A stretch of DNA of 64,000 nt from Acidobacteriota bacterium (GTDB lineage Bacteria > Acidobacteriota > Vicinamibacteria > Vicinamibacterales > UBA823), in assembly GCA_002730525.1 (NCBI GenBank), contig PCAK01000007.1, positions 1,409-65,408 on the forward strand. Reading direction: 5' to 3'. Both the position numbers and the translations under genes were made by a program. Of this stretch, positions 40,343 through 49,408 are shown piece by piece. The notes below the pieces were generated by a model, which saw nothing but the letters and a program-made list of their open reading frames with translations, was not told where the DNA came from and searched no databases. The number at the start of each line of letters is the position of its first letter. Position 1 is the first letter of the stretch.

Positions 40343-42259
40343 ATGACCGGTTCGGCGGAAACATTCCAGTTCCAGGCGGAAACCAAGCAGCTGCTCGATA
40401 TCGTCATCCACTCGCTGTACTCACAGAAGGAGATCTTTCTCAGGGAACTCATCTCGAACGCATCGGATGCGCTCGACCGGGTGCGACTCGAGGGCCTCAC
40501 GGATGCCGATCTTCTGGGAGGCGACGAGGCGTTGGAGATCAGGCTCGAGACCGACCCCGAGGCTCGCACGTTCACGATCTCGGACAACGGCATCGGCATG
40601 ACCCGCGCGGAAGTCGCCGAGCACATTGGCACGATCGCCAAGTCGGGAACGCGCGAACTGGTCGAGCGTCTGCAGTCGATTGCGGGCGGTGACGCCGCGC
40701 AGCTGATCGGGCAGTTCGGCGTCGGTTTCTACTCGGTCTTCATGGTAGCGGATCGCGTAACGCTCGTGACACGGCGCGCTGGCGAGGAGAACGCGACGCG
40801 GTGGAGCTCGACGGGCGACGGCACGTACGAACTGGCCGACGACAACCGGTTCTCCCGCGGCACGACCATCACGCTGCATCTCAAGCCGGCCGACCCGGAG
40901 CACGGCCTCGCCGACTTCATCGATCCGATGGTCTTCCAGGGGTTGGTGAAGCGCTACTCCGACTTCGTCGGCTACCCGATCAAGGCCGCGGTGCCCGCAC
41001 CCGACGCGAAAGTCGATGCGGCGCCCGAGGAGCGGGTCCTGAACTCGATGCAGCCGATCTGGACAAGGCCGGCAGCGGACGTCACCGACGAGGAGTTCAC
41101 CGAGTTCTACCGTCACGTCGCACGCGATTGGGGCGAGCCACTCGACCGTCTCGCACTGCGGGCCGAAGGCCGGCTCGAATATCAGGCGCTGCTGTTCGTG
41201 CCGGCGCACGCGCCGTTCGATCTGTACTTCCGGGACCAGCAGTTCGGCCTCCAGCTGTACGTGCGCCGGGTCTTGATCATGGACCGCTGCCAGAACCTGC
41301 TGCCCCCGTACCTCCGCTTCGTCAAGGGCATCGTCGACGCGGCCGATCTCCCGCTGAACGTGTCGCGCGAGATGATCCAGCAGGATCGCCACATCGGCCA
41401 GATGCAGAGCTGGCTCAGCCGCAAGGTCCTCGACCACCTAAAGCAGCTGCTCGAGAGCGACCGTGAGAAGTTCCGGACGCTGTGGGGCGAGTTCGGCCCG
41501 GTGCTGAAGGAGGGAGTGGCTGGGGAGGGCGACGTTCGGGATCGATTGCTGCCGCTGCTGCTGTTTCAGTCGTCGCACAATCCGTCGGCGTTGACGACGC
41601 TCGACGAGTACGTCGCGCGGATGAAACCGGAGCAGACGGAGATCTACTACCTGACCGGCGAGTCGCGAGCCGTCGTCGAGCACTCTCCCCACCTCGAAGC
41701 CTTCCAGTCGAAGGGCTACGAAGTGCTCTACCTCGTCGACCCGGTCGACGAACTGGTCGCCGAGCGGGTCCAGGAGTTCAGCGGGAAGCCGGTCAAGTCG
41801 GTCGGCAAGGGCACCGTGGAACTGGGCAGCGAGGATGAGCGGAAGCAAGCCGAGGCGGATCTCTCCGAACAGCGGAAGCGCTACGGCAGCCTCCTCGAGT
41901 TCCTGCAGACCACGCTGGCGGATGAGATCAAGGAGGCTCGATTGTCGTCCCGGCTCACGACCTCGCCGGTCTGCCTCGTCGGCGCCGACGGCGACCTCAG
42001 CCCGGCGCTCGAACGGATGCTCCGACGCAGCCAGGGCGCCGACGCGGTCACGCAGCAGAAGCGGATCCTCGAGGTGAACCCGAAGCACCCGATTGCCGCG
42101 AAGCTCCAGGAGCGGTTCGAGGCCAATCAGGACGATTCGGTCCTCGTCGACTACGCGCAGCTCCTGCTCGGCTACGCGCTCCTCGCCGAAGGCTCGGAAC
42201 TCCCCGACCCGGCGCGGTTCAATCGAGCGATCGGCGACCTGATGGTCAAGGGTCTGTGA
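40343..42259 (+). CDS. htpG: Molecular chaperone HtpG (Hsp90)
   Basis: ATG 40343 with GGAGGA RBS. FQFQAETKQLLDIVIHSLYSQKEIFLRELISNASDALDR and GQFGVGFYS are diagnostic. Confidence 0.92.
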   Translation: MTGSAETFQFQAETKQLLDIVIHSLYSQKEIFLRELISNASDALDRVRLEGLTDADLLGGDEALEIRLETDPEARTFTISDNGIGMTRAEVAEHIGTIAKSGTRELVERLQSIAGGDAAQLIGQFGVGFYSVFMVADRVTLVTRRAGEENATRWSSTGDGTYELADDNRFSRGTTITLHLKPADPEHGLADFIDPMVFQGLVKRYSDFVGYPIKAAVPAPDAKVDAAPEERVLNSMQPIWTRPAADVTDEEFTEFYRHVARDWGEPLDRLALRAEGRLEYQALLFVPAHAPFDLYFRDQQFGLQLYVRRVLIMDRCQNLLPPYLRFVKGIVDAADLPLNVSREMIQQDRHIGQMQSWLSRKVLDHLKQLLESDREKFRTLWGEFGPVLKEGVAGEGDVRDRLLPLLLFQSSHNPSALTTLDEYVARMKPEQTEIYYLTGESRAVVEHSPHLEAFQSKGYEVLYLVDPVDELVAERVQEFSGKPVKSVGKGTVELGSEDERKQAEADLSEQRKRYGSLLEFLQTTLADEIKEARLSSRLTTSPVCLVGADGDLSPALERMLRRSQGADAVTQQKRILEVNPKHPIAAKLQERFEANQDDSVLVDYAQLLLGYALLAEGSELPDPARFNRAIGDLMVKGL

Positions 42260-43245
42260 GAAACGCCGAAGTCATCCGCCAGTGGAGCGTGCTGCGGGAG
42301 CTGGAAGCGTCGCGTCGCGGAACGATCGACGGCCTCGCGCAGAAGATGGCGGTGACGACGCGGACGATCCGGCGCGATCTCGAAGCGCTGCAAACCGCCG
42401 GGTTTCCGATCTACGACGAACAGGTCGACGGCAAGCGGTTCTGGAAGCTCGACACCCGCCCGTTCAAGGGCCTGGGAGACACCGGGTTCACACTGTCGGA
42501 GCTGTGCGCGCTGTACTTCAGCCGCACCGTGCTCGAATGCCTTGCGGGTACGCCGTTCCAACACGACCTCGCGAACGCGTTCGCCAAGTTCGAGGCGATC
42601 CTCACGCCCAGGATGCGGCAGTTCCTCGACCGGCTGCCGGCCATCCTGCAGGCTAAGGGCGAGCCCAAGAAGCGCCGGGGCGGCAAGCTCGACGACACGA
42701 TCGCGCGGCTCATCGACGCGACGCTCAGGCAGCGTCAGGCGACGATGCGGTATCACTCGTTCTCGAGCAACCGGACGAAGGAGTATCTGATCGAGCCCTA
42801 CCGGCTGCTCTACGCCCAGGGCGGGCTGTACCTGTTCGCGTACGTGCCGGAGTACACGCAGATGCGAACATTCGCGGTCGAGCGGATCGACCGCCTCTCG
42901 CTCCTGGAAACCACGTTCGAGCCGACGCAGGAACTGGCACTGGAGCTGTGGGCCCACTCGCTCGGTATCGGCATCGGACAGGGACCGCCCGAGCAGGTGG
43001 AAGTGGAGTTCGCGGCGTCGATCGCTCCCTACGTCCGCGAGCGCGAGTGGCACGCGTCGCAGCGTCTGACCGAGTGCCCCGACGGCGCCCTGCGCCTCAC
43101 GCTCGAGGTCTGTATCGACGAGGCGCTCCGCAGCTGGATCCTCGGCTTCGGCGCGGTCGCGCGCGTCGTCGCTCCGACCGATCTAGCAACCGACATCGCC
43201 GCCGAACTCGAACGCGCCCGGGCCGGCTACGTCGATGTTCCGTAG
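42256..43245 (+). CDS. HTH-WYL-WCX domain transcriptional regulator (PafBC/BrxR/CapW-like architecture)
   Basis: 329 aa. N-terminal DeoR-type HTH (IDGLAQKMAVTTRTIRRDLEALQ). WYL region (RYHSFSSNRTKEYLIEPYRLLYAQGGLYLFAYV). The GTG start overlaps the htpG stop (GTGA). Confidence 0.8.
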   Translation: MRNAEVIRQWSVLRELEASRRGTIDGLAQKMAVTTRTIRRDLEALQTAGFPIYDEQVDGKRFWKLDTRPFKGLGDTGFTLSELCALYFSRTVLECLAGTPFQHDLANAFAKFEAILTPRMRQFLDRLPAILQAKGEPKKRRGGKLDDTIARLIDATLRQRQATMRYHSFSSNRTKEYLIEPYRLLYAQGGLYLFAYVPEYTQMRTFAVERIDRLSLLETTFEPTQELALELWAHSLGIGIGQGPPEQVEVEFAASIAPYVREREWHASQRLTECPDGALRLTLEVCIDEALRSWILGFGAVARVVAPTDLATDIAAELERARAGYVDVP

Positions 43246-43345
43246 CCTCGGCGGGCCCTGTCGCCGGCACGGCTCGCCGACGTTTGCGCTGTCTCGCCTA
43301 TCCCGATAGCCTTGCTCGGTGAATGCACCCCGACCTGGAGGCTCC

Positions 43346-45955
43346 ATGAAGCGCTGGTCTCATCTCGTTGCCCTCATCCCGTTCCTGGCGATTCCGGCCC
43401 TGGCGCCGGCCGAGCAGGCTGCCGCGCCGACGCCCGAGAGCATCATTGGCTGGGCGCCGTGCGCCGACTACAAGCTGGCCACCTATGAACAGATCGCCGA
43501 GTACTTCCGCGTGCTCGATCGGGCGACCGACCGGATGCAACTGGTCGACATCGGGCAGACCGCCGAGGGCCGCACCCAGCTCATGGCGATCATCTCGTCG
43601 GAAGCCAACATGCAGAATCTCGATCGCTACAAGGAGATCTCGCAACGGCTGGCACGGGCACGCGCGACCGAGGACGAAGCGCAGGCACTCGTCGACGAGG
43701 GCAAGGCGATCGTCTGGGTCGATTTCGGCCTGCACTCGACCGAGGTGGCGCACGCGCAAACCGCGCCGTGGATGGCCTACAACGCGGTCACGGAAGAAAC
43801 GGAGGAGATGCGGTTCATCCGGGACAACGTCATCTTTCTCCTGGTACCGAACATGAATCCGGACGGCACGACGCTGGTGGCCGACTGGTACATGCAGCAC
43901 GTCGGCACCGAGTACGAGGATGCGCCGTTGCCCGAGCTGTACCAGAAGTACGTCGGCCACGACAACAATCGTGACTGGTTCATGTTCAACCAGCCCGAAA
44001 GTCAGAATATCGGCCGTCAGCTCTATCAGGAATGGTTTCCGCAGATCGTCTACAACCAGCACCAGACCGGGCCGTTCCCGTCGCGCATCTTCATTCCGCC
44101 CTTCGCGGAGCCGGTCAACCCGAACATTCCGCCGCTCGTCATGCGCGGCATCAACGCCGTGGGCACGGCGATGGGCCGGCGGTTCGATCAGGAAGGCAAG
44201 TCGGGCGTCGTCTCTCGGGTCGGCTTCGATACCTGGTGGAATGGCGGCATGCGCACGGCGCCGTACTTTCACAACATGGTCGGCATTCTGACCGAGACGT
44301 CGCACGCCTCCCCGGCGCCCGCCGTGTACGACCCCGAGACCTTCCCGGCCACGTTCGGCAACGGCGAATCGACGACCGCCCCGTCGGCGTTCTATCCGAA
44401 CCCGTACATGGGCGGCGAGTGGCACCTGCGTGACAGCTGCGAGTACATGCTGACCGGATCGATGGCGGTGCTGGACATCGGCGCCAAGCGACGCGCCGAA
44501 TGGCTCTCGAACATCTATCAGATGGGTCGGGAGGCGATCGCCGACGGCGAGAACGAGACCTACGTCATCTCGACCGACCAGTGGGACCAGGCGACCGCCG
44601 CGAAGCTCGTCAACGTGCTCCGCTGGGGCGGCGTCGACGTCGAGTTGGCCAACGCCGCCTTCACGCTGGACGGCGCATCGTATCCTGCGGGCAGCTACAT
44701 CGTGCCGGGTGCGCAGCCGTTTCGGCCGCACCTGACCGACTTGCTCACGCCACAGGTCTACCCCGATCGGCGCATCTACCCGGGCGGGCCGCCCGATCGC
44801 CCTTACGACGTCAGCGGCTGGACGCTGCCGCATCAGATGGGGGTCGACGTGCGGAAGCACTCGGGGCTGGGTTCGCAACGGGCGGAACTCGCGCTCGAAC
44901 CGGTGGAATGGGTGTCGGCGCCCAACGGCAGCGTGTCGGGCCGGGCGGCCGACGCCTACGCGATCGACCCGAAGGTGAACGATGCGTTCACCGCGGTGAA
45001 CCGCTTCCTGGCCGCCGGTGAGCGCGTGTCTCGCACGACAGCGGCCGTCGAGATCGGCGAGACGACCTGGCCGGCGGGAACGTTCCTGGTCGCCGCGGGC
45101 GACGTAACCCACGCCCGCGTCGAGGAGACCGCCCGGGCGCTCGGCCTGCGGATCTCGGCGCTCGGCTCGACACCCAGCGTCGACACGGCGCCGCTCAGCC
45201 GACCGCGTGTCGGGCTGTACCACGCGTGGGGCGGCAACATGGACGAAGGCTGGACCCGCTGGGTGTTGGAACAATTCGAGTTCGACTACGCGCAGCTCCA
45301 CGACGCCGAGATCCGTGCCGGCGATCTCGCCGAAGCCTACGACGTCATCGTCCTGCCGGATGCGTCCTACAGCAGCATGCTGCGCGGGCTCTCCGCCGAC
45401 CGGATGCCCGCCGAGTACGCCGGTGGAATGACGATCCGAGGTGCTGCCAGCCTCTACGACTTCGTCGTGGAAGGCGGGACCCTGGTAGCGATGGACTCGG
45501 CAAGCGAGCTGCCGCTCGAGATCTTCGACCTGCCGATTCGGGACGTCACGTCCGGGCAGTCGGACGACGATTTCTTCATCCCGGGCACGCTGCTTCGGCT
45601 CGACGTGGATCCGGAGCATCCGCTCGGCTACGGCATGCCCGAAGAGACGACCGCGTTCTTCTCGCGGAGTCCGGCGTTCGCGCTCGGGCGACCGCTCGGC
45701 CGCCGCGAACGGATGGTCGGCGCGACACCCGAGCCCGACCCGGCGGTCACCGCCGTGGCGACCTACCCCGACGACGACCTGCTGAAGAGCGGCTGGCTGC
45801 TGGGCGATCGGGTGATCGAGGGACGCGCGGCCGTCGTCGAAGCCGAGGTCGAGGCAGGCCGTGTCGTCTTACTCGGGTTCAGAGTCCAGCACCGCGGCCA
45901 ACCCCACGGGACCTTCAAGCTGCTGTTCAACGCGATCTATCGCGGCGGCATGTAA
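43346..45955 (+). CDS. Secreted M14-family zinc carboxypeptidase-like protein (large form)
   Basis: ATG 43346 with GGAGG RBS. Signal MKRWSHLVALIPFLAIPALAPAEQ. GLHSTEVA (HxxE), NMNPDG and GHDNNRDW are M14 motifs. About 869 aa. Confidence 0.8.
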   Translation: MKRWSHLVALIPFLAIPALAPAEQAAAPTPESIIGWAPCADYKLATYEQIAEYFRVLDRATDRMQLVDIGQTAEGRTQLMAIISSEANMQNLDRYKEISQRLARARATEDEAQALVDEGKAIVWVDFGLHSTEVAHAQTAPWMAYNAVTEETEEMRFIRDNVIFLLVPNMNPDGTTLVADWYMQHVGTEYEDAPLPELYQKYVGHDNNRDWFMFNQPESQNIGRQLYQEWFPQIVYNQHQTGPFPSRIFIPPFAEPVNPNIPPLVMRGINAVGTAMGRRFDQEGKSGVVSRVGFDTWWNGGMRTAPYFHNMVGILTETSHASPAPAVYDPETFPATFGNGESTTAPSAFYPNPYMGGEWHLRDSCEYMLTGSMAVLDIGAKRRAEWLSNIYQMGREAIADGENETYVISTDQWDQATAAKLVNVLRWGGVDVELANAAFTLDGASYPAGSYIVPGAQPFRPHLTDLLTPQVYPDRRIYPGGPPDRPYDVSGWTLPHQMGVDVRKHSGLGSQRAELALEPVEWVSAPNGSVSGRAADAYAIDPKVNDAFTAVNRFLAAGERVSRTTAAVEIGETTWPAGTFLVAAGDVTHARVEETARALGLRISALGSTPSVDTAPLSRPRVGLYHAWGGNMDEGWTRWVLEQFEFDYAQLHDAEIRAGDLAEAYDVIVLPDASYSSMLRGLSADRMPAEYAGGMTIRGAASLYDFVVEGGTLVAMDSASELPLEIFDLPIRDVTSGQSDDDFFIPGTLLRLDVDPEHPLGYGMPEETTAFFSRSPAFALGRPLGRRERMVGATPEPDPAVTAVATYPDDDLLKSGWLLGDRVIEGRAAVVEAEVEAGRVVLLGFRVQHRGQPHGTFKLLFNAIYRGGM

Positions 45956-46155
45956 CGCTGGAACGCCTGACACCAACGGGGCCTGGGGCCGGCGTCGTGG
46001 ATGAGGGCGCCTGCGAGTTCCACAGCGTGGCGAAGACTTGAGTGCGGCGGCTCCGTGGACACATGCGACCGCCACGGCGGCGGCACGTTCGCCACCCGCG
46101 CCATGTGTGCCGACTCTTCCGGCGTCAACGCCTGCAGTAACTCCTGCAACGTCAC
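45937..46155 (-). CDS. Possible small hypothetical protein (72 aa, GTG start)
   Basis: VTLQELLQALTPEESAHMARVANVPPPW... has high GC3 in its first half. The tail overlaps the M14 gene end by 19 nt. No homology recognised. Confidence 0.2.
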   Translation of the reverse strand: MTLQELLQALTPEESAHMARVANVPPPWRSHVSTEPPHSSLRHAVELAGALIHDAGPRPRWCQAFQRYMPPR

Positions 46156-46220
46156 GCCTCTTCCACCATCGTCATAATTCCTGTAGCGTCACCGCGCCCC
46201 CGTGCGGTAATAAAGGTGTG

Positions 46221-46436
46221 ATGACTCAGCCAAAACTCGCACGGGCCAAGTGCCCCTGGTGCGGCTTCGTCGTCGTGGCCGCCAGTCGTGCGGCGTGCGT
46301 GGACGCCCAGCGGGAACACAATGCACTATGTCCCTCCGGTGTCCATATCCGCCTGCCCGCCACGGCTCCCGACCCAGCCCATGACGCCGGCGATGGCGGG
46401 CGTCTTCCAGTCCGCCGACTTCAACGCGGCTCGTAG
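46221..46436 (+). CDS. Possible small Cys-rich protein (71 aa)
   Basis: MTQPKLARAKCPWCGFVVVAASRAACVDAQREHNALCPSG... has CxxC...C...H..LC spacing. aaaggtg lies upstream of the ATG. It conflicts with the minus-strand ORF 46326..46637. Confidence 0.2.
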   Translation: MTQPKLARAKCPWCGFVVVAASRAACVDAQREHNALCPSGVHIRLPATAPDPAHDAGDGGRLPVRRLQRGS

Positions 46437-46637
46437 CTGGGACGGATCGAGCATCGCGCCATACTTCAACAGCCCGACGCGCTCCAACAGATCCAGCGGC
46501 CCCAATGGGACTGTACGGCCCTGCGCCGCAATCGACCCTGACCAGTACGCGGTGACGGTCGCACGTGATGTCGTCCGGGAGGCAAACGGTTCTACCGTCA
46601 GCGTGCGAGGACTGTCTGAGCCCGGCGCCCTCGCCAC
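46326..46637 (-). CDS. Possible hypothetical protein downstream of thrB (103 aa, GTG start)
   Basis: ...TVEPFASRTTSRATVTAYWSGSIAAQGRTVPLGPLDLLERVGLLKYGAMLDPSQLRAALKSADWKTPAIAGVMGW.... GC3 is ~78% and the composition is protein-like. It starts 14 nt after the thrB stop. Confidence 0.35.
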   Translation of the reverse strand: MARAPGSDSPRTLTVEPFASRTTSRATVTAYWSGSIAAQGRTVPLGPLDLLERVGLLKYGAMLDPSQLRAALKSADWKTPAIAGVMGWVGSRGGQADMDTGGT

Positions 46638-46650
46638 GACGCCGGCCCCA

Positions 46651-47610
46651 TCAATCCAGCCTCACGGCACCTTCCGTATTCACGGGGCCGACATAGACGT
46701 CCGACTCCAGACCGGCACTGTCGCGGAACGCCTTCCGGATCGCGTCGCCGACGGATGCGGCGTCCGCGTCGCTCCCGGCGAACGCGAACACTGACGGACC
46801 CGATCCGGAGATCGAACAGCCGAACGCGCCTGCCGAGCGTGCGGCGGCCTTCACGTCGGCCAAGCCTGGAATCAGGTGCGCCCGCACCGGCTCGACCAGC
46901 CGGTCCTGGATGCTCCGGCCGAACTGGACGAGGTCGCCCCGGTGCAGCGCGTCGACAAGCGCCGCGATGTTGCCGAGATTCGCGACCGCATCGTCCAGTG
47001 CGTACGATCGCTCGGCCGTCAGGCGACGCGCGGCGGCGGTCGACACCTCGCAGTGTGGATGCACGAGCGCGACGCGCAACGCGGCGGGCACGGGCAGGTC
47101 GATCAGTTCGAGTGGATCGTAGCTGCGCACCAGGACGATCCCGCCCAGCAGACTCGGCGCCACGTTGTCGGCGTGCGGCGTCCCGGACGCGGCCGCCTCG
47201 CCGACCAGCGCGCTGGCGACCAGCTCGCGGCGCGCGATCGGCGCGCCGAACAGTTCGTTCACGGCGACCGCCCCGGCCACGGCACTTGCGCCAGAGCTGC
47301 CCAGCCCGCTGGCCAGCGGCATCCGCTTCTGCAACCACAACTTGACACCGCGGCGTAGCGGCGGACCGGCATCGAGGCCGTCGAGTCGCCTGAGCACGTC
47401 GGCAGCGGCCAGGCCGGCCACGTTGCGCGCGGCATCGGTGGGCAGGGCGCCGCCGTCGCCCGTCACCTCGACGATCTCGACACCCGGAGCTTCGCGAGAC
47501 TCGGCCTCGACGACATCGCCCGGCTCGGTCAAGGCGAGGCCGAGCACGTCGAATCCCGGGCCGAGGTTCGAGGCGCTGGCCGGGGCGAAGACACGAACGT
47601 GATCTCCCAT
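46651..47610 (-). CDS. thrB: Homoserine kinase
   Basis: 319 aa. VFAPASASNLGPGFDVLGLAL and the GHMP motif PLASGLGSSGASAVAG are present. Confidence 0.88.
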   Translation of the reverse strand: MGDHVRVFAPASASNLGPGFDVLGLALTEPGDVVEAESREAPGVEIVEVTGDGGALPTDAARNVAGLAAADVLRRLDGLDAGPPLRRGVKLWLQKRMPLASGLGSSGASAVAGAVAVNELFGAPIARRELVASALVGEAAASGTPHADNVAPSLLGGIVLVRSYDPLELIDLPVPAALRVALVHPHCEVSTAAARRLTAERSYALDDAVANLGNIAALVDALHRGDLVQFGRSIQDRLVEPVRAHLIPGLADVKAAARSAGAFGCSISGSGPSVFAFAGSDADAASVGDAIRKAFRDSAGLESDVYVGPVNTEGAVRLD

Positions 47611-47650
47611 TAAGACTCAGGGTAACAAATCGCACTGGAGCGCTCCGCTA

Positions 47651-47748
47651 GAAGACCAAGGCGCGCACAGCGCGCCTCGCGCCGGTCGGAGTGGGGCACT
47701 CGGGGCCCCCGCGAAAACCGGCGCGGGGGTTCGGGGCGAAGCCCAGAC
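47651..47748 (+). repeat. Structured intergenic repeat, copy B (partner at 10864..10949)
   Basis: gaagaccaaggcgcgcacagcgcgcctcgcgccggtcggagtggggcactcggggcccccgcgaaaaccggcgcgggggttcggggcgaagcccagac. It has a perfect ggcgcgc-aca-gcgcgcc hairpin and a cgcgccgg...ccggcgcg long-range stem. Confidence 0.65.
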
Positions 47749-47954
47749 CTGAAGATGTAACGTCTCGCCACGCGGTGCCGTCAACAACCTGCAGGAGGCC
47801 AACTCCACGGCGGCGTCGGTGCTCCGGGGCCACTCACTGGACCGTCGCTCCAGTTAACCGGTTGACAGGTAACGACTTGACGATTGTCCTGCCTGGGCCA
47901 TCGCCCGTCGCGACCCGGATGCGTTTTGCATGGGCGGACGGTCTGCTGGCTTTC

Positions 47955-47988
47955 CGTGAACCTGTCGTTCTAGAATGGCAGGTTCACG
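47955..47988 (+). promoter_or_regulatory. Perfect 10-bp inverted repeat bracketing a TAGAAT -10-like hexamer (candidate operator/promoter)
   Basis: cgtgaacctg (47955..47964), then 14 nt, then caggttcacg (47979..47988). TAGAAT lies at 47971..47976 inside the spacer. The site is ~140 nt upstream of the aminotransferase gene at 48130. Confidence 0.35.
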
Positions 47989-48129
47989 CGTGGGGGTGTG
48001 GGTTCGGGGTTCGAAAGCGCCCGAAGAGACATCGAATGGGTCGCCCGCCCAGGCGTCGCTCGCGGCGTCGAACAGGCAAGAGATCTCGCAGCCGGTTTTT
48101 GAAGCAGTTCAGTACTTGAGGAGGATCTT

Positions 48130-49314
48130 ATGTCGCTCTCGCGTCGCGCGTTCTTTCGCAATCTAGGAGCCGGCCCTGCCGACTCAGCTTCCCGCGAGTT
48201 CATCGCGGCCCGCGGGCGCGAGGCGCTCGTCAACGAAATGTGGCGCTCTGGCCTGAGCTACGAAGAGGCCGAAGCGCAGTTCGGCCCGCCGCCGGAAGGT
48301 GCCATCGTGATCTCCAGCAACGAGAACCCGCTGGGTCCCGGACCGGCAGCCTACCAGGCCGTGCTAGACGGGCTCGATCAGTGGGCTGGGCGCTACCCGA
48401 CGAACTTTCGGCCGAGCCACGCCGACCTGATGCAGACGATCGCGGCCAAGTTCGATGCGCGTTCCGAGAACGTCACGCTGGGGACCGGCTCGGGCGAGAT
48501 TCTCGAGAACGCGGCGAAGGCGTTCACCGGACCGGACAAAGCGCTCATCACCGCCGACCCGTCCTACATGCAGGCGGTCAGTGTCGCGCGGCGGCACGGG
48601 CATCCGGTGAAGACCGTCGCGCTCGATGCCAACCTCCGCCTCGATCCGGAGGGCATCGCGCGCGCAGCCAGGGGCGCGGGCCTGATTTTCCTCTGCAACC
48701 CGAACAACCCCAGCTCCACGATCCTCCCGGCGTCGGATGTCGAGGCCCTCGTGAGCGAAGTGCAGCGCTCGTCGCCGGACACGCGCATTCTCATCGACGA
48801 GGCGTATCACGATTACGCGACCGACCCGGCGCACCAGACGGCGATTCCGCTGGCGCTCCGGACGCCGAACGTGTTCGTCGCCCGGACGTTCTCGAAGGCC
48901 TACGGCATGGCGGGCCTCCGGCTCGGCTACGGCATCGGCCACGTCGACACGATCAGGACGCTGGCGCAGTGGACGCACGTGTTCAACTCGAACAACCTCG
49001 CCAATGCGGCGGCGGTGGCCTCGCTGAACGATCCGGCCCACCTCGAGCAGGAGCGTGCGCGAAACACGGCCGCACGCGACTACACGATCGGTGTCTTCCG
49101 CGACCTCGGCTTCGAGGCCGCGGACTCGCAGACGAACTTCCTCTTCGTCAACCTCGGACGCCCGGCGTCCGAGTTCCGCGATGCATGCCGCGAGCGCGGC
49201 GTCATGGTCGGTCGGGACTTCCCGCCGATGGAAAACACTCACGCCCGCGTGTCGATCGGAACGATGGACGAGATGCGCCAAGCCGCTGAGGTCTTCAGGC
49301 AGGTGCTGGCATAG
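48130..49314 (+). CDS. HisC-like PLP aminotransferase with Tat-like N-terminus (weak h-region)
   Basis: MSLSRRAFFRNLGAGPADSAS.... NENPLGPG, NPNNPSS and TFSKAYGMAGLRLGY are present. GAGGAGG RBS. 394 aa. Confidence 0.8.
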   Translation: MSLSRRAFFRNLGAGPADSASREFIAARGREALVNEMWRSGLSYEEAEAQFGPPPEGAIVISSNENPLGPGPAAYQAVLDGLDQWAGRYPTNFRPSHADLMQTIAAKFDARSENVTLGTGSGEILENAAKAFTGPDKALITADPSYMQAVSVARRHGHPVKTVALDANLRLDPEGIARAARGAGLIFLCNPNNPSSTILPASDVEALVSEVQRSSPDTRILIDEAYHDYATDPAHQTAIPLALRTPNVFVARTFSKAYGMAGLRLGYGIGHVDTIRTLAQWTHVFNSNNLANAAAVASLNDPAHLEQERARNTAARDYTIGVFRDLGFEAADSQTNFLFVNLGRPASEFRDACRERGVMVGRDFPPMENTHARVSIGTMDEMRQAAEVFRQVLA

Positions 49315-49408
49315 ACCCAAGAGTGCCAGCGAGACAGTCATGAACAACGATTCACTGCCCGGACGATCGAAGCAGCCGGGAACGCTTTTCAGTATCGAGG
49401 AGGAATCC

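Noticed and set aside
47985-48015. tRNA-like T-loop string (ggggttcgaaagc) in the thrB/aminotransferase intergenic region.
   Set aside because: The flanking bases do not form a T-stem (cgggg against gcgcc), and no acceptor or anticodon arms can be drawn. I found no tRNA or rRNA anywhere in the window.
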